64,000 nt of DNA from an uncultured Gemmatimonadales bacterium (GTDB lineage: Bacteria > Gemmatimonadota > Gemmatimonadetes > Gemmatimonadales > Gemmatimonadaceae): NCBI GenBank assembly GCA_963701965.1, contig OY969695.1, positions 352,001 through 416,000 on the forward strand. The letters run 5' to 3'. Made by a program: the position numbers and the translations under genes. The notes beneath the pieces were generated by a model. That model was not told the DNA's origin, did not search any database, and was given only the letters and a program-made list of their open reading frames with translations. Below, piece by piece: positions 1-7,919 of the stretch. Numbering within the stretch: the stretch's first letter is position 1; every line of letters starts with the position of its first letter.

Positions 1-1
1 G

Positions 2-394
2 ATAGTCGCGCACGCCGGAGGGCAGCGCCGTGACGCGGCCCGAGGGGTCGAGCGAGACGAGAGTCGTCCGGGCGGAGACGAGACGGGTGCGGCTGCCCGC
101 GTGTGTGATGACATAGTCGAACGTGACGGTTCTGGATTTGACTTCCGTGAGGCGCGTTTCGACCAACACGACGTCATCGTAGCGTGCGGGGGCGTGGCAT
201 CGGAGCGACGCCTCGGACACGGCGAGGGCGACTCCGCTCTTTTCCAACGCCGCATAGGGTGTCCCTAACGCTCGGATATAGTCGGTTCGGCCGATCTCGC
301 ACCAGATGAGATAATTGGAGTGATACACGACACCCATTTGATCGGTTTCCGCATACCGGACGCGGAGCTCGGTAGTCGTCGGTCGGCCAGCCAC
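2..394 (-). CDS. Acyl-CoA thioesterase, YbgC/4HBT family (runs off the window start)
   Basis: Manual translation from GTG at 394: MAGRPTTTELRVRYAETDQMGVVYHSNYLIWCEIGRTDY... This is the RVRYAETD-GVVY-NY hotdog-fold thioesterase motif. Not in the ORF track. Confidence 0.85.
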   Translation of the reverse strand, partial: MAGRPTTTELRVRYAETDQMGVVYHSNYLIWCEIGRTDYIRALGTPYAALEKSGVALAVSEASLRCHAPARYDDVVLVETRLTEVKSRTVTFDYVITHAGSRTRLVSARTTLVSLDPSGRVTALPSGVRDY

Positions 395-444
395 GCCGGG
401 CAAGTTAGCCCGGGCGCCGGCGGGACGCTAAACTCTTACGCGTC

Positions 445-1323
445 ATGCCGACGACCGTCCTCGCGCCGCCCTGCTACGTGTTCTCCGACGCCCACCTGGG
501 CGTTGGCGCGCCGTGGAACGCCGGGGAGCGCCCGCTCCTGGAGTTCCTCCGGGAGATCGCCCCGCATATGGGCAGTCTGGTCATCAACGGGGATTTGTTC
601 GATTTCTGGTTCGAGTGGCGGACGGTCATCCCGCGCTCGAGCTTCCGCGTCCTCGCGGCGCTGGCCGCGCTCCGCGAGCGGGGCACGCCGATCCTTTGGA
701 TCGCCGGCAATCACGACTGCTGGGGGGGCGACGTGCTGCGCCAGGATGTCGGCGTGGACTACCACGTGGGTCCGTGGACCGGCATGCTCGGGGGTTGGCG
801 GGCGCGGATCGAGCACGGCGATGGCCTGCGTGACCGCGAGGACCGGGGGTATCGCGCGCTGCGCCGGGTCATTCGCCACCCGGCGGCGGTCCGGGCCTAT
901 CGCTGGCTCCCGGCGGACGTGGCGACCTGGCTGGCCACGCGCAGCTCGCACGCGAGTCGCACATACAGCGCGCGCGACCACGGCGCGGGATTGCGCGCCG
1001 TGGCGGCGCGGACGTTGGCGGCCTCGCCGGACTTGGAGGTGCTGGTCCTGGCGCACTCGCACGTGCCGGCCCTGGAGCGGATGCCCGGCGGCGGCATTTA
1101 TGCCAACGCGGGCGCGTGGATCAGCGGGCCGAATGAGCCGGGGCCGACGTTCCTGCGGTTCGACCCGGATCGCATCGCGCTCATGTCCTGGGCGTCACCC
1201 CAAGCTGTGGGTCTCAACGCGGTCGACCGTGCGCCCGTCCGCGCCGCCGTTCCCGAGGAACGCGCGGGCCGCGCGCAGGAATTGCCCGGGGGCGTCGGAG
1301 GCGATGAAGCGATAGGTCGGTGA
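445..1323 (+). CDS. lpxH: UDP-2,3-diacylglucosamine hydrolase-like metallophosphoesterase
   Basis: Calcineurin-like motifs FSDAHLG, GDLFDFW, GNHD, HGD, HSH. Confidence 0.75.
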   Translation: MPTTVLAPPCYVFSDAHLGVGAPWNAGERPLLEFLREIAPHMGSLVINGDLFDFWFEWRTVIPRSSFRVLAALAALRERGTPILWIAGNHDCWGGDVLRQDVGVDYHVGPWTGMLGGWRARIEHGDGLRDREDRGYRALRRVIRHPAAVRAYRWLPADVATWLATRSSHASRTYSARDHGAGLRAVAARTLAASPDLEVLVLAHSHVPALERMPGGGIYANAGAWISGPNEPGPTFLRFDPDRIALMSWASPQAVGLNAVDRAPVRAAVPEERAGRAQELPGGVGGDEAIGR

Positions 1324-2007
1324 GGCGCCGGAGGGGGCGGCCAGCCCACGGGCGGCGAGGATGGCGCCGGTCTCCACCGCGGTCTCCGCGGCGGCGTCGA
1401 TGAGCGTGGCGCCGGGGACGGCTTCGGCGATCCGCTGGGCCAGCAAGGGATAGTGGGTGCAGCCGAGGACCAGCGTGTCGATGCCGGCAGCGGCGAGCGG
1501 GGCCAGGTAAGTGTGGGCGATGAGGCGCGTGGCCTCGGTGTCGACCCATCCCTCCTCGACCAAGGGCACGAACAAGGGACACGCGGTCGCTACGACGTTC
1601 ACGCCGGGATCCATGGCGGCGATGGCGCGCTCGTAGGCGCCGGAGGCGATGGTGCCGGCGGTGCCAATGACACCGACGCGGCCGCGGGTGGCGCGGACGG
1701 CGGCGCGGGCGCCCGGGGCCACGACGCCGATGACCGGCACGTCGAGCGTGTCGCTCAGAATGGGCAGGGCGTGGGCGGTCGCGGTGTTGCAAGCGACGAC
1801 GAGGGCTTTGATCCCCTCGCCCGCGAGATAGCCGGCGATCTCGCGACTGTAGCGGCGCACCGTGTCCGGACTTTTGGGACCGTAGGGCACGCGGGCGGTG
1901 TCGCCGTAGTAGATGATCGACTCGGCGGGCAGCCGATCCATCAAGGCGCGTACGACGGTCAAGCCGCCAAGTCCGGAGTCGAAGACGCCGATGGGCGCCG
2001 CGTTCAC
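1195..2007 (-). CDS. murI: Glutamate racemase
   Basis: IGVFDSGLGG, VPYG, ACNTAT and LGCTHYP motifs. GTG start at 2007 overlaps the upstream stop. Confidence 0.95.
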   Translation of the reverse strand: MNAAPIGVFDSGLGGLTVVRALMDRLPAESIIYYGDTARVPYGPKSPDTVRRYSREIAGYLAGEGIKALVVACNTATAHALPILSDTLDVPVIGVVAPGARAAVRATRGRVGVIGTAGTIASGAYERAIAAMDPGVNVVATACPLFVPLVEEGWVDTEATRLIAHTYLAPLAAAGIDTLVLGCTHYPLLAQRIAEAVPGATLIDAAAETAVETGAILAARGLAAPSGASPTYRFIASDAPGQFLRAARAFLGNGGADGRTVDRVETHSLG

Positions 2008-2639
2008 AGTGGAGGCGCTCGGATGGTCAGCGAGATGGCGATGACGGTCGAACCGTCCGGGGCGCGGAAGGCCTGCACACGGCTCGGGAGATCCCAGAGC
2101 TGGGCCTCGACGAAGGCGTCGGCGCCGGAGATCAAGTGGTTGAAGAGGATGACCGCGATCCAGTCCTCGACGTGGAGCTTGCGGGCGCCGATGCGGTCGG
2201 AGGTGTACGGGTTGTATTGAAAGACCTGGATGGGCTTTCCCGTTGCCGTGTCGAACTGCGGGACGCCGGCGATCACGGAGTCGTACAAGGCGATGCTGTC
2301 GTTGTGATGCTTCTGCGCGTACTTGAGGTCCCGCGCCGCCTGGGCCCACCGTGACAGCGCCAGCACTTCCACGCCGGCGAACAATGCCCCGGTCCACGCC
2401 CGGTCGAGCTTTGCCTGCCCGAGTCCGGGCAGCACGAGCGAGTACAAGAACGCCTTCCCCGGTGAGATCGGCGGACCCTTGACCGTGTCGACGCGCGCCG
2501 CGCGGTGCGGCGGCGCCGGCCTCTGTCCCACGCCCACGCGCGCGCTGTCCTGCTGCTGCGCCCGCGCCTCCGGCGCGAGGCTCGCCGCAAGAACCGCCAT
2601 CGCAATAACGATCAGCGCCCCGATCGAGCACAGCCTCAC
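2004..2639 (-). CDS. Hypothetical membrane/exported protein (DUF5683-like)
   Basis: Signal-like N-terminus, SPGKAFLYSLVLPGLGQ motif, C-terminal ADAFVEAQL. Start uncertain. Confidence 0.55.
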   Translation of the reverse strand: MRLCSIGALIVIAMAVLAASLAPEARAQQQDSARVGVGQRPAPPHRAARVDTVKGPPISPGKAFLYSLVLPGLGQAKLDRAWTGALFAGVEVLALSRWAQAARDLKYAQKHHNDSIALYDSVIAGVPQFDTATGKPIQVFQYNPYTSDRIGARKLHVEDWIAVILFNHLISGADAFVEAQLWDLPSRVQAFRAPDGSTVIAISLTIRAPPL

Positions 2640-2652
2640 GTCAATCCCACGG

Positions 2653-2859
2653 GCGCGCGACGCTAGCGGAAGCGCGCTGCCACTCGCCGAAGGCGAGTGC
2701 TTCAAATGGATGATTCCCCGCGACTCGCCGAAGGGGGGCGCTTCGCGCGCGACGTTGGCGGGAATGCGCTGCCACTCGCCGAAGGCGAGTGCTTCCAAAA
2801 AACGCGATTCCCAACGAACCCCGCCAGATTGGTGCGCGCAGCGCACGAATATGGCGGGA
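2653..2859. repeat. About 2.2 copies of a 92-96 bp hairpin-containing repeat abutting the tRNA-Sec 3' end
   Basis: GCGCTGCCACTCGCCGAAGGCGAGTGCTTC is identical at 2674-2703 and 2766-2795. Flanks align with mismatches. Confidence 0.8.
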
Positions 2860-2948
2860 GTGAGTGGGAATCGAACCCACCCCACCCGACAGAGTCGGGT
2901 CGCAACGGTTTTGAAGACCGTGAGAGCCACCAGGCCCCATTCACTCCC
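2852..2948 (-). tRNA. selC: tRNA-Sec (anticodon UCA)
   Basis: GGGAGTGA...CTTCAAAA anticodon loop...long variable arm (ACCCGAC-TCT-GTCGGGT)...GGTTCGATTCC...TCACTCCC-GCCA. 8-bp acceptor stem, adjacent to selD. Confidence 0.95.
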
Positions 2949-4002
2949 CCAACGTCAGCACGATGGCCGCGACGCCGGCACGGGCGTCGACGACCTCACC
3001 GATATCCACAGCGCCGGGGACCCGCTGAACATACTCGGCGGCAGACGCCGGCGGCGCCGCGACCAAGAGTCCACCGGACGTCTGCGGGTCCACAAGCAGC
3101 GCGCGCTCGAAGTCAGTCCGCCCTACCCCCCAATCGACGAGGGGTTTCAGATACTCGCTATTCCGGTCTCCCCCGGCCGTCCGCGCGCCTCGCGCGAACG
3201 CTTCGGCGGCGCCGGCAAGCACCGGGACGCGATTGACGGCGATACGGAGTCCCACGTGACTGGCCCGGGCGATGTGGGACGCATGGCCGAGGAGGCCGAA
3301 GCCGGTGATGTCGGTGGCACAGTGAAGCCCGAGCGTCAGGGCCGCGCGGGAGGCGTCGCGATTGAGCGTGCACATGACCTCGATCATGCGCTGCTCCACC
3401 CCCGCCCTGATCTCCGCCCGCCAATTCTTCAACGCGGTGGCGAGAAGCCCGATCCCGATCGGCTTCGTCAGCACCAACCGGTCGCCGGGCCGCGCCCCCG
3501 CGTTGGTCAGGATGCGCCGGGGATCCACGCGGCCGGTCACGGCGAGCCCATACTTGAGCTCCTCGTCTTCGACTGTATGCCCACCGACGATGACCGCACC
3601 AGCCTCCTGCACCGCCGCCTGCCCGCCGCGCAGGATCTCCGTCAGCACTTCGAGCGGCAGCTTCTTGAGGGGGAACCCGACGATGTTGAGCGCCGTCAGC
3701 GGCTCCCCACCCATGGCGTACACGTCCGACAGCGCGTTCGTCGCCGCTACCCGCCCGAACGTGTACGGATCATCGACGATAGGCGCGAAGAAGTCGACGG
3801 TCTGCACCAGCGCCAGATCGTCCGACACGCGAAACACCCCCGCGTCGTCGAAGGTCTCACGACCAACGAGTAGACGGGGATCTTCGCTCGGCGCCAGCGG
3901 AGCGAGTGCGCGCGACAGGTCACCCGGACCCATTTTCGACGCTCACCCCGCGCACCGCGCGAACGCCGTCAGGCGAAACAGCTCTTCGCGACTGTGATTC
4001 GT
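2941..4002 (-). CDS. selD: Selenide, water dikinase (selenophosphate synthetase), selenocysteine-containing
   Basis: DDAGV, TVDFF, NALSDVYAMGG, GGHT, TDITGFGLLGH and DPQTSGGLL motifs. The frame continues upstream through TGA at 3943-3945 (RLTAFARCAG-U-ASKMGP). Start uncertain (ACG at 4002 after AGGAG, or CTG). Confidence 0.9.
3915..3945 (-). promoter_or_regulatory. Putative bacterial SECIS hairpin downstream of the selD UGA
   Basis: UGA, 9 nt, then AUGGGUC-CGGGU-GACCUGU stem-loop with a G-rich apical loop. Confidence 0.55.
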
Positions 4003-4012
4003 GGAAACGCTC

Positions 4013-4390
4013 CTAGCGGAGAACCGCGACCGCGTCGATCTCGACCAACGCCCCGCGCGGCAGCCCCGCCACCTGTACCGTCGACCGCGCCGGCCGCGCG
4101 CCGCCGAGCGCCGCGCCATAGATCTCGTTGACGGTGGCGAAATCGTTCAGGCTCTGCAGGTACACGGTCGTCTTCACGACATCACCCCAGCCCAATCCCC
4201 GCGCCGCGAGCACCGCGGTCAAGTTCTGCATGGCCTGGGTCGTCTGCGCCACGATGCCGCCGTCGACGATCTGCGTCGTGGCGGGATCGAGCCCCACCTG
4301 GCCGGCCGTGAACAAGAACCCGTTGGCGACGACCGCCTGCGAGTACGGGCCGATGGCCGCCGGCGCGCCGGCGGTTTGTACTGTCTCCAT
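4013..4390 (-). CDS. ridA: RidA/YjgF/UK114 family enamine deaminase
   Basis: APAAIGPYSQAV, PARSTVQV, LPRGALVEID. Confidence 0.9.
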   Translation of the reverse strand: METVQTAGAPAAIGPYSQAVVANGFLFTAGQVGLDPATTQIVDGGIVAQTTQAMQNLTAVLAARGLGWGDVVKTTVYLQSLNDFATVNEIYGAALGGARPARSTVQVAGLPRGALVEIDAVAVLR

Positions 4391-6073
4391 TTAGAAAAGC
4401 CCCACGATAGAGCCGTCGGAGTGAACCGCCATGCGCTCGGCCGCCGGCTCCTTGGGCAGTCCGGGCATCGTCATGATGTCGCCCGCCTGGGCCACCACAA
4501 ACCCGGCCCCGGCGGCGGGATACACCTCGTTGACCGTGATGCGGAATCCGGTCGGTCGCCCGAACACGGTCGCGTCATCGGTCAACGAGTACTGCGTCTT
4601 CGCCATACACACGGGCGTCTCGCCCAGTCCGATCGACTCCAGATAGTCGATCGACCGCTCCGCCTTCGTCGTGAAGTCGACGCCATCGCCGCCATACACT
4701 TTCTTCACAATGGTATCGACCTTCTGGCGAATCGGAAGATTCACGGCGTAGAGTGGCGCGTACTTCGCCGTCCGCCCGTCGAGGAGCTGCTGCACCGCCC
4801 GGGCCAGCTCTTCGCCCCCGGCCCCGCCTTTTTCCCACACCTCGTTGAGCGCCGCCGTCGCCCCGTGCTTCCGGGCCCGCTCGGCGACGATCTCGAGCTC
4901 GCGATCGGAGTCGGTCGTGAAGCGGTTGACGGCGACGACAACGGGCACGCCGAACTGCTGCACGTTCTCAATGTGTCGATCGAGATTCGGCAACCCGCGC
5001 TCCAACGCGGCCAGGTCTTCGTGCTTGAGATCGTTCTTGTTGGCGCCGCCGTTCAATTTGAGCGCGCGCACGGTCGCCACCAGGACAGCCGCCGCGGGCT
5101 CGAGTCCGCCGATCCGGCACTTGATGTCGAAGAACTTCTCGGCGCCCAGGTCCGACCCGAACCCGGCCTCTGTGATCGTGATATCGGAGAGCGAGAGCGC
5201 GGCGCGCGTCGCCAGGATGCTGTTGCAGCCGTGGGCGATGTTGCCGAACGGCCCCGCGTGCACGAACGCCGGGCCGCCTTCCAACGTCTGCACCAGATTG
5301 GGACGGATCGCGTCCTTGAGGAGGAGCGCCATGGCGCCCGCGGCTTTGAGATCGCCGGCTCGAATCGGCTTGCGGTCCGCGCCGGTGGTGCCACCCACGA
5401 TAATCCGTGAAAGCCGCGCCTCGAGGTCGGTCGTGTCGGTGGCCAAGGCTACGATCGCCATCACTTCGCTGGCCGGAATGATGACCCAGCGCTCCTCGCG
5501 CACGACGCCGTTGGCCACGCCGCCGAGACCAATCACGCAGTCGCGCAGGGCCCGATCGTTCATGTCGATCGTGCGCGGCCAGGTAATGCGCCGGGGATCG
5601 ATCTTGAGCGGGTTGCCCTGGTGCAGGTGATTGTCCAGCATCGCCGACAACAGGGCGTGCGCGCTGGAGATCGCGTGGAAGTCGCCCGTGAAGTGGAGGT
5701 TGATGTCCTCCATCGGAATCACTTGCGAATACCCGCCACCCGCGGCGCCGCCTTTGAGCCCAAACACGGGACCCAGGCTGGGCTCCCGGATGCACAACAC
5801 CGCGTTGGTGCCGAGACGGCGAAAGGCCTGCGTGAGCCCGACCGCGGTCGTCGTCTTCCCCTCGCCCGCGGCCGTCGGATTGATGCCCGTGACCAGTACC
5901 AGCCGGCCGCGCGCGGGGCGCGCGGTCAGCGACAGCGGGATCTTGGCCTTGTACTTCCCGTACAGGTCGAGATCGTCAGCGCCGAGTCCGAGATCGGCGG
6001 CGACGTCGACGATCGGTCGGGGTTTGGCGCGCTGCGCGATCTCAATGTCCGAGGGAACGCTCACCGTTGCCAC
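4391..6073 (-). CDS. fhs: Formate--tetrahydrofolate ligase
   Basis: GEGKTT, KGGAAGGGYSQV, HAGPFGNIAHGCNS, TEAGFGSDLGAEKF, MTMPGLP. Confidence 0.97.
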   Translation of the reverse strand: MATVSVPSDIEIAQRAKPRPIVDVAADLGLGADDLDLYGKYKAKIPLSLTARPARGRLVLVTGINPTAAGEGKTTTAVGLTQAFRRLGTNAVLCIREPSLGPVFGLKGGAAGGGYSQVIPMEDINLHFTGDFHAISSAHALLSAMLDNHLHQGNPLKIDPRRITWPRTIDMNDRALRDCVIGLGGVANGVVREERWVIIPASEVMAIVALATDTTDLEARLSRIIVGGTTGADRKPIRAGDLKAAGAMALLLKDAIRPNLVQTLEGGPAFVHAGPFGNIAHGCNSILATRAALSLSDITITEAGFGSDLGAEKFFDIKCRIGGLEPAAAVLVATVRALKLNGGANKNDLKHEDLAALERGLPNLDRHIENVQQFGVPVVVAVNRFTTDSDRELEIVAERARKHGATAALNEVWEKGGAGGEELARAVQQLLDGRTAKYAPLYAVNLPIRQKVDTIVKKVYGGDGVDFTTKAERSIDYLESIGLGETPVCMAKTQYSLTDDATVFGRPTGFRITVNEVYPAAGAGFVVAQAGDIMTMPGLPKEPAAERMAVHSDGSIVGLF

Positions 6074-6111
6074 GCCTGGGCTCCGTGTCCTGAAAGAGTG
6101 GGCAATGTTAC

Positions 6112-6906
6112 TCAGCCGCCGGGGGCCGTCGCCAGTCCAAACAAAGTACGGGTGTTGGCGATCGAACAGGCGCCGAGGTGCTCGGCCGTGACGCCGCGGA
6201 TCGCGGCGACCCGCTCGAGCGTGTAGCGGACGAATCGGGGCTCGTTGCGGCGGCCGCGCACCGGCACCGGCGCCAGATAGGGCGCGTCCGTCTCCACGAG
6301 CAGCCGGTCATCCGGCACGAGTCGCACCAGCGCGTCGTCGGTCCACCGGGTGAACGTGACGATCCCGCTGAAGGAGATGGACCACCCCGCATCCAATGCC
6401 GTCCGCGCCAGCGCCGCGGAACCCGTGTAGCAGTGCAGCACGCCCCGGACGCCGGCCGCCGCCGCGTCCCGGACGGCCGCGCCGGTATCTTCCTCGGCCT
6501 CTCGCGTATGCACGACCAATGGGCGTCCGAGCGTCCGGGCTAGGCCGATCTGGTCACGAAAGACTTCGCGCTGCGCCTTGGGCGCGGCGTGATCGTAGTG
6601 ATAGTCGAGACCGCACTCGCCAATCGCCACCGCGCCGCACCCCACGAGTTCATCGATCCATGAGAGATCATGGTCGTAGGTGTTGGCCTCCGACGGGTGG
6701 ATCCCCGCGGTGAAGAAGACGTAGCCCGGGTTGGCGTCGGCGAGAGCGCGCGCCGCGCCGGCCGCCGCCCTGGACTCCCCGATGCAAACGATCGCCGCCA
6801 CGCCCGCCTGCCGCGCCGCGGCGATCACCGCCTCGCGATCGCCGTCGAACGCCGCGTCCGCGAGATGAGCGTGACTGTCGATGACCTCAGTGATCGTGTC
6901 GATCAG
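6112..6906 (-). CDS. tatD: TatD family DNase
   Basis: IDSHAHL upstream of the ORF-track start, plus GIHP, IGECGLDY, VVHTR, HCYTG and ETDAPYL. Probable CTG start overlapping the secF stop (CTGA). Confidence 0.9.
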   Translation of the reverse strand: MIDTITEVIDSHAHLADAAFDGDREAVIAAARQAGVAAIVCIGESRAAAGAARALADANPGYVFFTAGIHPSEANTYDHDLSWIDELVGCGAVAIGECGLDYHYDHAAPKAQREVFRDQIGLARTLGRPLVVHTREAEEDTGAAVRDAAAAGVRGVLHCYTGSAALARTALDAGWSISFSGIVTFTRWTDDALVRLVPDDRLLVETDAPYLAPVPVRGRRNEPRFVRYTLERVAAIRGVTAEHLGACSIANTRTLFGLATAPGG

Positions 6907-7919
6907 CGGGCAGCGGTCTTCGCGGTGCGTCCGGCGGACGCGGGACTCCGCGGCAATGCCGGCTTGGCCCCGCTATCGGCGCCGCCGCCCTTGGCCGTCG
7001 ACATCTCGCGCGGCCACCGCCGTTCGATCCACAGCAGCGTCGGTGCCGCGACGTAGATCGAGCTGAACGTGCCGGTGACGATACCGAACGCCATGACCCA
7101 GGCGAACGGCCGGATGACCTCACCCGCGAAGATGAGCAGGGCCAGCGTCGCGGCCAACGCCGTGGCGTGCGTCATGACCGACCGCGGCAAGGTCTCGTTG
7201 ACGGACCGGTTGAGCGTGTCGTACAGGGGCTCCCGCCGGCGGCGCCGCAGATTCTCGCGGACGCGATCGAAAATGATGATCGTGTCGTTCAACGAGTAGC
7301 CGATGACGGTGAGGATCGCCGCGACGACGGTCAGGGAGACCTCCAGGTTCATCAGCTTGATGAACGCGATGGTGGTCAGGATGTCGTGCGCCGTGGCCGC
7401 GACCGCGGCCACGCCGAACCGCCATTCGAAACGCCAGGCCAAATAGAGAAGCGTCAGGACAAACGAGAACAAGATGGCCTTGATGGCGCCGGTCCGGAGC
7501 TCGCCGCCGACGCGGGGGCCGACGGCCTCGGTGCGCACGACCTGGTAGGCCTTGGGCCCGACCGCGCGGTCGAGCACGTCCCGCACTTGCTTGGCGACGG
7601 AGTCGGCGCCCGCCGCGGTCGCGACGTTCGAGTGCTCAAGGTCCTGGGCCCGCACCGTGAATTCCCGGTTCGAGCCGAACGACTGGATCTCGGCGTTCCG
7701 GACACCGCCTTGATCGAGGGCCGCGCGCAGCTTCGACACATCGGGCGGTGTCGGGAAGCGCAGCTGCATGATCGTGCCGCCGGTGAAGTCAATGCTGTAC
7801 CGGAGGGGCGCGATCAGCAGCGACCCCAGGCCCAGCACGATGAAGGCCACGGTGGCGCCGACCATGATGCGCCACGGCTTGATGAAGTCGTAGGCGGTGT
7901 TGTGAAAGATGCGCAGCAT
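6903..7919 (-). CDS. secF: Protein translocase subunit SecF
   Basis: IDFTGG, VGPRVG, AHD, GYSLNDTIIIFDRVRE, GTFSSIYVA. Confidence 0.96.
   Translation of the reverse strand: MLRIFHNTAYDFIKPWRIMVGATVAFIVLGLGSLLIAPLRYSIDFTGGTIMQLRFPTPPDVSKLRAALDQGGVRNAEIQSFGSNREFTVRAQDLEHSNVATAAGADSVAKQVRDVLDRAVGPKAYQVVRTEAVGPRVGGELRTGAIKAILFSFVLTLLYLAWRFEWRFGVAAVAATAHDILTTIAFIKLMNLEVSLTVVAAILTVIGYSLNDTIIIFDRVRENLRRRRREPLYDTLNRSVNETLPRSVMTHATALAATLALLIFAGEVIRPFAWVMAFGIVTGTFSSIYVAAPTLLWIERRWPREMSTAKGGGADSGAKPALPRSPASAGRTAKTAAR

Noticed and set aside
1195..1323. 129-bp convergent overlap of lpxH and murI
   Set aside because: The overlapping lpxH tail has no motifs. It is likely stop-codon drift in GC-rich DNA or an indel.
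2674..2795. Mini-CRISPR (two 30-bp palindromic repeats)
   Set aside because: Only two copies, the 62-bp gap is too long, and similarity extends into the flanks. It is a tandem duplication.
2323..5410. Long antisense ORFs (e.g. 2323-3873, 4001-5410; also 21424-23406, 33025-34554, 53561-55267)
   Set aside because: Shadow ORFs of high-GC coding strands with no motifs.
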